From assembly GCA_031361295.1 (NCBI GenBank), contig JANMCN010000036.1, positions 3,716 to 67,715 of the forward strand: a DNA stretch of 64,000 nt, given 5' to 3'. Below are positions 27,793 through 36,128 of this stretch, in pieces. A program made the position numbers and the translations under genes. The first letter of the stretch is position 1. Every line of letters starts with the position of its first letter. This DNA comes from Acidobacteriota bacterium (lineage in GTDB: Bacteria > Acidobacteriota > Vicinamibacteria > Vicinamibacterales > 2-12-FULL-66-21). The notes beneath the pieces were generated by a model. It did not search any database. It saw only the letters and a list, made by a program, of their open reading frames with translations, and was not told where the DNA came from.

Positions 27793-28587
27793 TCAACGAT
27801 CGACGAACCCGAACGGGCCGTGTCCCATCCAGGCGCCGCCGTCGACAGTAAGAACCTCGCCGGTGATGAAGCTGGCGTGGTCTGAGACCAGAAACGAGAC
27901 CGCATCCGCGATATCGGCGGGCTTTCCCCAGCGACCGAGCGGCACCATGTCCGTGATGCGCTGAACGGCGGCGGGGGAGTTCCAGAGTTGCTTCGCCGCG
28001 CCGGCCGATTCGATCGGCCCCGGGGCGACGGCGTTGACGCGGATGTTATGCCTGGCCCACTCGACCGCCAGCGTCTGCGTCATCGACATGACGCCGGCTT
28101 TCGCCGCGGCGGAATGGACGGTGCCGGCGCTGCCCGTCCACACGTAGTTCGCCAGGATCGAGACGATCGAGCCGCCTCCTCCCCGCGCGATCATGTGCCG
28201 CCCGACGGCCCGCGAACAATAGAAGCTGCCGTTGAGCACGATGCCGACCACGGCGTTCCAGCCGTTGGGTGAGAGATCCTCGGCCTTGCAGACAAAGTTG
28301 CCGGCGGCATTGTTCACCAGGATGTCGATGCGGCCGAAATGCCGGACGACCCGGGTCACCATCTCGTCGACCTGCTCGGGCTTTCGCACGTCCAGCTGGA
28401 TGGCCTGCGGATCGAACCCGGCGTGGCGCAATTCGGCGGTCCCCTGCTCGAGGTGTTCGGCGCTTCGGCTGGCAATCGCGACGAGCGCCCCGAGCTCGCC
28501 GAGGCGGGCCGCGATCGCCAGCCCGAGTCCCGTGCCGCCTCCGGTCACGACCGCCACCCGGTCCTTCAACAGCGAAGAGGTGAGCAT
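27793..28587 (-). CDS. SDR-family oxidoreductase (enoyl/dienoyl-CoA reductase-like)
   Basis: VTGGGTGLG, NNAAGNF, SAAKAG and FITGEVLTVDGG motifs. Confidence 0.85.
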   Translation of the reverse strand: MLTSSLLKDRVAVVTGGGTGLGLAIAARLGELGALVAIASRSAEHLEQGTAELRHAGFDPQAIQLDVRKPEQVDEMVTRVVRHFGRIDILVNNAAGNFVCKAEDLSPNGWNAVVGIVLNGSFYCSRAVGRHMIARGGGGSIVSILANYVWTGSAGTVHSAAAKAGVMSMTQTLAVEWARHNIRVNAVAPGPIESAGAAKQLWNSPAAVQRITDMVPLGRWGKPADIADAVSFLVSDHASFITGEVLTVDGGAWMGHGPFGFVDR

Positions 28588-28678
28588 CGCGTCAGATTAC
28601 CGGTGCGTGAGCCCGTCTGTCCACGCCAGCCCACGAGGTTGTCCGCGTGGACTCGAAGAGCGCCTATAATCGCCCGAC

Positions 28679-30223
28679 GTGCCGAACGGCCCTCGCACAC
28701 CCGCGGCTCCCCCGCCCGAAGCGTTCGCGCGGCTGTTCGAGTCGGTGCACGAAGGCGTCTACATCGGGACCCTGTCGACCGACGCGGCCCGGACCCTGTC
28801 GGCCAATCCGTATCTCAAGCTGATGTTCGGATACGCGGTGGAAACGGCGCAGGACGAAGTGCGGCCGTTCGAGGCCGACCGGTTCGTGGACCCGCAGGCC
28901 CGCGAGGCCTTCCTGGAACGCCTCGACCGGGACGGTGCGATCACCGATTATCTGCTGCGGCTTCGGCGCGCCGATCGATCCCCGATCTGGGTGGAAGTGA
29001 CGGCGCACGCGGAGACCGCCGGCGCCGCCGTGCGGATCGAGGCGCTCATGCGCGACGTCACCGAGCGGAAACGCCTGGAAGACCAGGCGCGGGACTTGTA
29101 CCACCAGCTGCTGCAGGCGGAGAAGCTCGCGGCGCTCGGCCAGACGATTTCCGGCGTTGCCCACGAATTGAACAACCCGCTCGCGACGATCCTCACGTGG
29201 GCCGAGCGGCTCGCGCAGCGATCAGTGGACGACCAGACCCGGCGCGGCCTCGAGACGATCCTGAGCGAGTCCGAGCGGGCGGCCAAGATCGTGCGCAACC
29301 TGCTCACGTTCGCGCGCAAGCGGCACACCACGCGCGCCATGGTCGATCTGAATCAGGTCGTCCGCGAAACCCTCGCCTTGCGGTCGTACGAGCAGCGCTT
29401 GAGCAACATCACGACGATCGAAGCGCTCGCGTCGGGCCTCCCGCAGGTCTTCTCCGATCCGCATCAGCTCCAGCAGGTGCTCCTCAACCTCGTCATCAAC
29501 GCCGAGCAGGCGATGATCAGCGCGAACGGACGCGGCACGCTGGTGCTCCGCTCCTGGCACGACGCCGACCGCGACGCCGTCATTCTCGAGGTGAGCGACG
29601 ACGGGCCGGGTGTTCCCGACGACGTCCAGCCGCGCATCTTCGATCCCTTCTTCACGACGAAGGACGTCGGCAAGGGGACGGGTCTCGGATTGACCGTCGC
29701 GTACGCGATTGTGCAGGAGCACGGGGGCCGCATCACGGTGAAGTCCGGCGCGGGCCGCGGGGCGTCCTTCCACGTCGAGCTTCCGGTAGGCGCCGGGCCG
29801 CTCAAGCCTGCGCTGCCGCGGCCTCCCGAGCTGCCGTCGTTGTCGGACGATGTGGGCGCCGGAGCGGCTGTGCTGGTCGTCGAGGATGAAGCGGCACTCG
29901 GCGCCGCGGTGGCGGAGGCCCTGGCGGATGCGGGCTTCGTGGTGGACCGGGCCGGCGACGGACTCGAAGCGCTCGAGCAACTCCGGGCCCGTGCCTACGA
30001 CCTGATCATCTGCGATCTGAAGATGCCCCGCCTCGACGGCACGTCCTTCCATCGCGAGCTCGAGAAGATCGATCCCGCGATGGCGCGCAAGGTGCTTTTC
30101 GTCACCGGCGACGTGGCGGGCACGGAAGCGGAGCGCTTCCTCGACGAGACCTCGTGCCGGTGGCTCGCAAAGCCGTTCCGGCTGAAGGACCTGCTCCGCG
30201 TCGCGCGGGAGATGCTCGTCTAG
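28679..30223 (+). CDS. hybrid sensor histidine kinase (PAS-HisKA-HATPase-REC)
   Basis: H-box ISGVAHELNNPLATIL. N/G boxes present (NLVINAEQAM, DDGPGV, GTGLGL). C-terminal receiver (VLVVEDE...LIICDLKMPRLDG...KPF). Confidence 0.9.
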   Translation: MPNGPRTPAAPPPEAFARLFESVHEGVYIGTLSTDAARTLSANPYLKLMFGYAVETAQDEVRPFEADRFVDPQAREAFLERLDRDGAITDYLLRLRRADRSPIWVEVTAHAETAGAAVRIEALMRDVTERKRLEDQARDLYHQLLQAEKLAALGQTISGVAHELNNPLATILTWAERLAQRSVDDQTRRGLETILSESERAAKIVRNLLTFARKRHTTRAMVDLNQVVRETLALRSYEQRLSNITTIEALASGLPQVFSDPHQLQQVLLNLVINAEQAMISANGRGTLVLRSWHDADRDAVILEVSDDGPGVPDDVQPRIFDPFFTTKDVGKGTGLGLTVAYAIVQEHGGRITVKSGAGRGASFHVELPVGAGPLKPALPRPPELPSLSDDVGAGAAVLVVEDEAALGAAVAEALADAGFVVDRAGDGLEALEQLRARAYDLIICDLKMPRLDGTSFHRELEKIDPAMARKVLFVTGDVAGTEAERFLDETSCRWLAKPFRLKDLLRVAREMLV

Positions 30224-30250
30224 CGCACGCCCCCGCGCGGCATGGGCATG

Positions 30251-31156
30251 TCAGCGCGCGGCGGCCACCGGCGCCTGCGACGAAGCGCCGGCGGTTCGGG
30301 TGTGACGCCGCGGCGCCGTCGCCACGGGGGCCCGGTATTGCAGCACGACACCGCGGCCTTCCGACAGGTCGGCCTTCGCCATCCGGCGCCGGCGGATCGT
30401 CTGCTGGAACGAGAGAATCGCGGGGCTCACCGTCTCGTCGGCAAAGCACTCTGCACCGAGGGCCTTCTTCAGCCGCGAGACCGCGCGCGCGTGCAGCTGC
30501 GAGACCCGCGACTCGTTCACCCCAATCTCCGCCCCTATCTGTTTCATGGTCGCTTCGGCGTAGTAGTACAGGCCGATCACCTTCCGCTCGCGCGGAGGAA
30601 GCGAGGCGATCGCCGCGCGGATGCGATCGCGCACTTCCTGCTGTTCATAGGCTTTGTCGGGGGCCATGGGCTCGGACGGAACGAGGGCTGCCGGCAGCGA
30701 GGCGTTGTCGACATGATCGCCGGACGAGAGCGGCGACGTGGATTCGATGGTGTTGATGCGGACGATCGTCCGCCCGAGCCGGGCTTCGTCGGATCCGACA
30801 CGCGCCGCGAGGTCCGCCAGCGACGGTTCCGCTCCCAGCTCCCGCCGCAGCTCTTCGCGCGCCGTCTCCAGTTCCCGCCGCTGCCGCCGGACGCCGCGCG
30901 GCCAGGCGTCGCGACGGAGCGCGTCGATCATGGCCCCCCGCACCCGCCGTTCTGCGAAGGTCTCGAACTTGATGCCCCGTCCCTCGTCGAATCGGCAGGC
31001 CGCGTCGATGAGGCCGATCATCCCGTCCTGCACCAGATCGCCGAGCTCGATGGAGTGGGGCATCGAGGCCGCCACGCGCCGCGCGAGCGACTCCACGAAG
31101 GGAAGTCCGGCGGCAATCCGATCCCGATTGTGAGCGGCGAGTGGCTGGCGCTGCAT
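30251..31156 (-). CDS. FliA/WhiG-type (group 3) RNA polymerase sigma factor with C-terminal extension
   Basis: Region 2 (DLVQDGMIGLIDAACRFD), region 4 (ATMKQIGAEIGVNESRVSQLHARAV) and about 65 extra C-terminal residues. Start set to the ATG at 31156, which has a GGAGGA SD 8 nt upstream. Confidence 0.85.
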   Translation of the reverse strand: MQRQPLAAHNRDRIAAGLPFVESLARRVAASMPHSIELGDLVQDGMIGLIDAACRFDEGRGIKFETFAERRVRGAMIDALRRDAWPRGVRRQRRELETAREELRRELGAEPSLADLAARVGSDEARLGRTIVRINTIESTSPLSSGDHVDNASLPAALVPSEPMAPDKAYEQQEVRDRIRAAIASLPPRERKVIGLYYYAEATMKQIGAEIGVNESRVSQLHARAVSRLKKALGAECFADETVSPAILSFQQTIRRRRMAKADLSEGRGVVLQYRAPVATAPRRHTRTAGASSQAPVAAAR

Positions 31157-31211
31157 GACTCGGTTCCTCCAGAGGATTGTGTCTGCCACAAACGGCAGAC
31201 CTTGCCCTAGC

Positions 31212-31226
31212 GCAACCGGGGTGCCA
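31212..31226 (-). promoter_or_regulatory. sigma-54 promoter (-24/-12) for the FliA-type sigma gene
   Basis: The minus strand reads TGGCACcccggTTGC, a match to TGGCAC-N5-TTGC. It lies about 45-55 nt upstream of the ATG at 31156. The predicted leader starts with the hairpin GTCTGCC-N6-GGCAGAC (31181..31200). Confidence 0.6.
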
Positions 31227-31363
31227 CGAGAACACGATCCAAAAGCGAAACCACGCGGAAATAGTCCGCTAGAACTAAGCAGCTGAAATGTAAGGGGTTA
31301 GCGTGTGAACAGGTGTGAAGGAGCGGGCAGATCCGAGCGGAAACGTTGAGCTATTGTGCCATT

Positions 31364-31407
31364 AAATTGACTGTCGTGGCTCGTTGTGTCAAATAAATGA
31401 CTGTCGT
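31364..31407. repeat. two direct repeats AAAT(T)GACTGTCGT spaced 30 bp; candidate enhancer (UAS) for the sigma-54 promoter
   Basis: TGACTGTCGT occurs at 31368..31377 and 31398..31407, 140-180 bp upstream of the -24 element, in a low-GC spacer. Confidence 0.35.
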
Positions 31408-31640
31408 CACGCCTTCGAACGAGTGCGGACTTCCCGTGCGGTCGCCATGGCATCGAGGACGCTCGCGACCACCTGGGAGGCGCGCGCGCGCGTCATCTCG
31501 TCGGCCGCCTTGGCCTCGAGCAATTCCGCGTTCGCCAGGATGATTCCCAGCTGGTTGTTCAACCGGTGAAAGAGCAGTCCGAGGTCGGGCGGTTCGGTCA
31601 CGGACGTCCTCCCGGTTCTGGGGTCGGCGGCCGGAGCCAT
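31407..31640 (-). CDS. orphan DHp-like (histidine-kinase H-box helical hairpin) 77-aa protein
   Basis: In-frame C-terminal part of track ORF 31407..32075. Sequence MAPAADPRTGRTSVTEPPDLGLLFHRLNNQLGIILANAELLEAKAADEMTRARASQVVASVLDAMATAREVRTRSKA. Its H-box resembles VAHELNNPLATIL of the neighbouring kinase. Its ATG overlaps the upstream stop (TGATG). Confidence 0.5.
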   Translation of the reverse strand: MAPAADPRTGRTSVTEPPDLGLLFHRLNNQLGIILANAELLEAKAADEMTRARASQVVASVLDAMATAREVRTRSKA

Positions 31641-31846
31641 CAAGCTTCTTTGCTCGTCAGTTCGCCCGCGCGCCCCGGCTCGCGCCAGAGCGTGTCGACG
31701 AAGATGCGCACCGATCCGCCGGCGGTACGGACGTACTCGACCTTGCCGCTGGCGATCCAGTTGTAAATCGTGCGGCGGCTGACGCCGACCAGCTCGCACG
31801 CCTTCATGATCGAAATCGTCTTGCGATCGGTGATCATCTCTCTCAT
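31640..31846 (-). CDS. excisionase/MerR-superfamily small HTH DNA-binding protein
   Basis: 68 aa. Contains ISIMKACELVGVSRRTIYNWIASGKV. Confidence 0.75.
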   Translation of the reverse strand: MREMITDRKTISIMKACELVGVSRRTIYNWIASGKVEYVRTAGGSVRIFVDTLWREPGRAGELTSKEA

Positions 31847-32062
31847 CGCCAGGCCCGGTACCGACGGGCGTGAGTGGGTTGCCGCATTCGAGGTTCACAA
31901 GCGTTATCGGACGAGCGCGCACGCCGCTGTAGCCTCGAGCGATCGCGCCGACAGGCCATTCGGATCGTTTCAGGACTTCGTGGACACGCGCCGTCACCTG
32001 CTGACCAACGGGTCGGGCTCGGCACGATCGCAGGCGTGGAAAATCCCGTTTCGCGACGCGCA

Positions 32063-32091
32063 TTGACCGCTCCACCGGGGGGTGTCAAAAT
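32063..32091 (+). promoter_or_regulatory. candidate sigma-70-type promoter (TTGACC-N17-CAAAAT) for the bEBP gene
   Basis: Read directly. The -10 element ends 14 nt before the ATG at 32106 and there is no SD, so the leader is short or absent. Confidence 0.3.
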
Positions 32092-32105
32092 GCCGTCGCG
32101 CCTGA

Positions 32106-33506
32106 ATGTCTGACGGCCAGAAGCATCTCCTGATTGTCGACGACGAAAACGCGCTGCGCGAGGCCATCGCGGAGCGCCTCGGGGATCATGGCTTCGTCGT
32201 CGAGCAGGCCGACAGCGGCGAGGCCGCGCTCCAGCGCCTCGCGGAATTCGCCTTCGACATCCTCATCACGGATCTGCGTCTTCCCGGAATCGACGGCCGG
32301 AAGGTCCTGGATGCCGCGCTCGAGCGGTACCCCGAGATCATCGCCATCGTCATCACCGGCTACGGCACGGTGAAGGACGCCGTCGAGGCGATCAAGCAGG
32401 GGGCCGCGGATTTCATCACCAAGCCGTTCCAGTTCGACGCGCTTCTCCACGTGCTGCGATCGGCGCTCGAGCAGCGCCGGCTGAAATCGGAGAATGCCTA
32501 TCTCCGATCGCAGCTCGAAGAGCGATACCGCATTGACGGTCTGGTCGGCCAGAGCCGCATCATGCGCGATCTGTTTCACCTCCTCGAGACCGTCGCGACC
32601 ACGTCGAGCACGGTGCTGATCACCGGGGAGACCGGCACGGGCAAGGAGCTCGCCGCGCGCGCCATCCATCACGCGAGCCCGCGGCGCGCGAACCGGTTCG
32701 TCGCCATCAACTGCAGCGCCATCCCGGAGACGCTGCTCGAAGCGGAGCTCTTCGGACACGTCCGCGGCGCGTTCACGGGCGCGGTCGCGACTCGCCAGGG
32801 GCGGCTCGAACAGGCCCACAAGGGCACGCTGTTCCTCGACGAAGTGGGCACGATGAGCCCGGCGCTGCAGGCAAAGCTGCTGCGCGTGCTGCAGGAGCGC
32901 GAGTTCGAGCGGGTCGGAGACTCGCACACCGTCAAGATCGACGTGCGGGTGATCGCGGCGACGCACTCCGACCTCGCGCGCATGGTGTCGGAGGGGACGT
33001 TCCGCGAAGACCTGTTCTACCGGCTGAACGTCATCCCGGTGCAGTTGCCCTCGCTGCGCGAACGCCGCGACGACGTGCCGCTGCTCGTGCAGCACTTCCT
33101 GCAGAAGCTTGCAACGGAGGCCGGTCGCGGCCATGTCACGGTGTCGCAGGACGCGCTGCGCCGCCTGATGGCCTATCAGTGGCCCGGCAACGTGCGGCAG
33201 CTCGAAAACATCGTCGAGCGCGCCCTCGCATTCAATCACGGACGCGCGCAGCTGGACGTCCAGGACCTTCCGGCGGAAATCCAGAACGGCCCATCGCCCG
33301 TCGATTCGTCGGAGGTCTGGTTTCCCGACGATGGTCTCGACTTCGAGCGGTACATCGAAGGGGTGGAGCTGTCGCTGATCCGGCGATCGCTCGAACGGAC
33401 GCAGGGCAACAAACGCCAGGCGGCCAAGCTGCTGAACCTGAAGCGCACCACGCTCATCGAGAAGCTCAAACGGCTTGAAGCCCCGGCCGCCGCAAAGCTG
33501 CCATAA
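32106..33506 (+). CDS. NtrC-type sigma-54-dependent response regulator (REC-AAA+-Fis HTH)
   Basis: Receiver domain (LLIVDDE, ILITDLRLPG), Walker A GETGTGKE, GAFTGA loop and C-terminal QAAKLLNLKRTTL. Confidence 0.92.
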   Translation: MSDGQKHLLIVDDENALREAIAERLGDHGFVVEQADSGEAALQRLAEFAFDILITDLRLPGIDGRKVLDAALERYPEIIAIVITGYGTVKDAVEAIKQGAADFITKPFQFDALLHVLRSALEQRRLKSENAYLRSQLEERYRIDGLVGQSRIMRDLFHLLETVATTSSTVLITGETGTGKELAARAIHHASPRRANRFVAINCSAIPETLLEAELFGHVRGAFTGAVATRQGRLEQAHKGTLFLDEVGTMSPALQAKLLRVLQEREFERVGDSHTVKIDVRVIAATHSDLARMVSEGTFREDLFYRLNVIPVQLPSLRERRDDVPLLVQHFLQKLATEAGRGHVTVSQDALRRLMAYQWPGNVRQLENIVERALAFNHGRAQLDVQDLPAEIQNGPSPVDSSEVWFPDDGLDFERYIEGVELSLIRRSLERTQGNKRQAAKLLNLKRTTLIEKLKRLEAPAAAKLP

Positions 33507-33514
33507 TCGACCAT

Positions 33515-34678
33515 ATGCCTCCCCGGCACCACTACTGGACGATCATCGTCGACGACAAGCCAACGGCTTTCCGCGCGGCGGAGCAGGAAGAGTTGATGCC
33601 GACGCTGCGTCAACTGCAGGCGCGCCACCCTGATGCGGTCATGAAGTGGTTCGCGCGCGGGCGGCTGTGGGAGTCCCAGGACATCGAACGCGCGGACGCG
33701 GCAGCCCGCCGCCGCCCGCCCGCAGGGGATCGTCGTCCGCCCGCAGGCGATAGACGCGGCCGTGAATGGCGGCCCGGGGGGGAGCACAAGGATCCGCGCG
33801 ACCGCTTCAAAATCCCGCGGGATGAAAAGCGACGGCGCTTCGCCGAGAATCTTTTTCGCGACCGTTCCGAGCCACCGCCACAGACCGCCGAGAAGCGGGG
33901 CGACGACGTTCCGCCGCCGCGAACGTCAATCGATGGGACTCCCCGGGACAATCGCGGCGCAACGCGGCCGTGGAGCCCCGCGGGCGCTCGCGGAGGAAAG
34001 CCCGCCTGGAACCGGGACGGCGCACGGGGAACGAAGCCTGGAAACCGCGAGGGCGACCACGGTGGCAAGCCGCCGTGGAAGCGTGACGGTCGTCCCGCGG
34101 CTCCGGCTTCGAGCCGCGGAGGAGACCGTGGCGCGAAGCCCGCCTGGCCGCGCGGCGAGGCGCGCGGGGACCGCGATCAACAGCGCGGTGGGAGGCCGGA
34201 CTGGAAGCCGGCGCCGTCGACCGACCGGCCCGGCGGCGACCGCAAGCCGTGGGGACGTCCCCCGGGCGCCCCGACGGGACGACCGCCGTGGTCGAAAGAT
34301 CGACCCGCGGGTCGCGACGGCACCTCCGGCAGCCGCCCGCCCGCGGGCGGATGGAAACGGGACAGGCCTGCCGGTGGAGGCTGGAAGAAGGATCGGCCCG
34401 CGCCTGGTGGCTCGTTTCCCAGGGATCGGCCGGATGGAAGTCGAGGCGGCCGGCCACCAGGCCCGCCGCGGCCACGAGACGATGAGCGGGGCGGGAGTGG
34501 ACCTGCCGGTCGGCCGGGCGGCTCAGGCCGGACCGGCGGCGCCGGGCGCCCGGGTGGAATCGGACGTCCGGGAGGGTCCGGCCGTCCCCCGGGCGGGGCG
34601 AATCGATTCGGGCCGCGCCCGCCACGGGGCGGGGGCAAACCGGGCGGCAGCGGCGGCGGTGGAGGCCGCAGCCGGTGA
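33515..34678 (+). CDS. protein with ~60-aa globular N-domain and ~320-aa Arg/Gly/Pro/Trp-repeat disordered tail
   Basis: Starts 8 nt after the bEBP stop. High GC3 in this frame. Repeats of G(K/R)P.W(K/N)RD type. Its stop overlaps the next start (GTGA). Other frames are also open, so the frame choice rests on context. Confidence 0.6.
   Translation: MPPRHHYWTIIVDDKPTAFRAAEQEELMPTLRQLQARHPDAVMKWFARGRLWESQDIERADAAARRRPPAGDRRPPAGDRRGREWRPGGEHKDPRDRFKIPRDEKRRRFAENLFRDRSEPPPQTAEKRGDDVPPPRTSIDGTPRDNRGATRPWSPAGARGGKPAWNRDGARGTKPGNREGDHGGKPPWKRDGRPAAPASSRGGDRGAKPAWPRGEARGDRDQQRGGRPDWKPAPSTDRPGGDRKPWGRPPGAPTGRPPWSKDRPAGRDGTSGSRPPAGGWKRDRPAGGGWKKDRPAPGGSFPRDRPDGSRGGRPPGPPRPRDDERGGSGPAGRPGGSGRTGGAGRPGGIGRPGGSGRPPGGANRFGPRPPRGGGKPGGSGGGGGRSR
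33716..33757 (+). repeat. 2 x 21-bp in-frame tandem duplication (PPAGDRR x2)
   Basis: ccgcccgcaggggatcgtcgt / ccgcccgcaggcgatagacgc, 17 of 21 identical. Confidence 0.7.
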
Positions 34679-35022
34679 TCGCCCACGTGATCCTGTTCAG
34701 CCCCAAACCGGAGCTGACGCTGGAGGCCCGGCGCGACCTGCTCGGCGCCCTCGTGTCGGCGTCGGCCGAGATCCCGTCAATACGATCGTTTCGCGTAGGC
34801 CGACGAGTGAAGCACGGCCTCCCCGGATACGAGTCGCTGATGCGTGACGACTACGACTTCGCCGCAATCGTCGAGTTCGACGACATGGACGGCCTGACGT
34901 CGTACCTCGCGCATCCATCGCACGCAGCGATCGGCCGCCATTTCGTGATGTCCGCCGCGCGTTCACTCGCGTACGACTACGCGCTCGTCGATGCGGCGAG
35001 CGTGGGGCTGCTGATCGACTGA
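34675..35022 (+). CDS. Dabb (stress-responsive alpha/beta-barrel) domain protein
   Basis: 115 aa. Contains HVILFSPKPELT...FDFAAIVEFDD...YLAHPSH. Confidence 0.8.
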   Translation: MIAHVILFSPKPELTLEARRDLLGALVSASAEIPSIRSFRVGRRVKHGLPGYESLMRDDYDFAAIVEFDDMDGLTSYLAHPSHAAIGRHFVMSAARSLAYDYALVDAASVGLLID

Positions 35023-36083
35023 ACCCGGAGCGGGGCATCCACGACGGGCGCCAGGAAGAAGTCTTCGATGATCGTACGCAGGTGGGGGAGCGACTCCGCC
35101 GCGTTGATGGCGATGCGAAGGTGCGACCCGTTGTCGAGACCCTTGGTGTACCAGGAGTTCAACGCGCGCAGCTTGTTGATCACCCACCGATCGTGGCCGC
35201 GCGCGGGAAGAGCCTCACCCCCCAGGGCGGGCTGCGCCGGGGCCGTGTGGCGGAACCCGGCGGCCTCGCCGAGCCGCTCGTGCATCAGTAAGTCGATGTA
35301 GTCGAGCAGGAACTGGCCCCGGTCCGCGGCCGAGACCGCGCGTGGTGCGCGGCCCGCCGCGACGTCCGCGGCCTGCTGAAAAATCCAGGGGTTCCTGAGG
35401 GCTCCGCGACCGACGAGGACGCCGCGGACGCTCGCTCCGCGCATCCGATCGACGACCTGCCCCGGCTCGATACAATCGCCGCTCCCGAACACGGGGATGG
35501 ACACGCCGGCCGCCACGCGTTCGATCAGGTCCCAGTCCGACAGGCCTGAATAGGACTGGGCGGCGGTACGGCCGTGGACCGCGACCGCGGACGCGCCCGC
35601 GTCTTCCACGCGCCTCGCGAGATCGGGCGCATTGATCGCATCCTGATCCCATCCGGCCCGCATTTTCACCGTGACGGGAATCTTCACGGCTCGCGCCATC
35701 GCGCGCACCACGTCGGCGGCGTGCGCCGGTTCGCGCATCAGGCTGCACCCGGCGCTGTGCCGGGCAATCTTGTGGACGGGACATCCCATGTTCACGTCGA
35801 CGATGTCGGCGCCCATCCCCTCGACGATTTGCGCGGCGTCGGCCATCTTCGCCGGATCGCCGCCGAAGATCTGAATCGACACCGGCCGCTCTTCCTCGGT
35901 GTACTCCGCGTACTCGAGAGTGCGATCGATGCCGCGGACGAGCCCTTCCGAACTCACCATCTCGGTGACGACCAGTCCGCACCCGCCCTTCCGCTTCACC
36001 AGCCGGCGGAAGGCAGTGTCCGTCATGCCGGCCATCGGCGCGAGGGCATACGGCTCCGTCAGTTCGATTCTGCCGATTTTCAT
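34977..36083 (-). CDS. dusB: tRNA-dihydrouridine synthase
   Basis: LAPMAGMTDTAFRRL, VDVNMGCP and VTVKMRAGW motifs. The C-terminal tail overlaps the convergent Dabb gene. Confidence 0.8.
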   Translation of the reverse strand: MKIGRIELTEPYALAPMAGMTDTAFRRLVKRKGGCGLVVTEMVSSEGLVRGIDRTLEYAEYTEEERPVSIQIFGGDPAKMADAAQIVEGMGADIVDVNMGCPVHKIARHSAGCSLMREPAHAADVVRAMARAVKIPVTVKMRAGWDQDAINAPDLARRVEDAGASAVAVHGRTAAQSYSGLSDWDLIERVAAGVSIPVFGSGDCIEPGQVVDRMRGASVRGVLVGRGALRNPWIFQQAADVAAGRAPRAVSAADRGQFLLDYIDLLMHERLGEAAGFRHTAPAQPALGGEALPARGHDRWVINKLRALNSWYTKGLDNGSHLRIAINAAESLPHLRTIIEDFFLAPVVDAPLRVQSISSPTLAASTSA

Positions 36084-36128
36084 CGATTCACTTCACCGCA
36101 CGTCTCGCGTGGCGCCGTACGTTGCACG

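Noticed and set aside
31341-31361. Second TGGCAC (minus strand TGGCACaatagCTCAAC) near the direct repeats as another sigma-54 promoter
   Set aside because: There is no GC at the -12 position (it reads CA), so only the -24 half matches.
31640-31846. Excisionase-family HTH as evidence of a prophage or integrative element
   Set aside because: There is no integrase, tRNA target, att-like direct repeats or phage genes nearby. The GC content of the gene matches the surroundings. It is treated as a small regulator.
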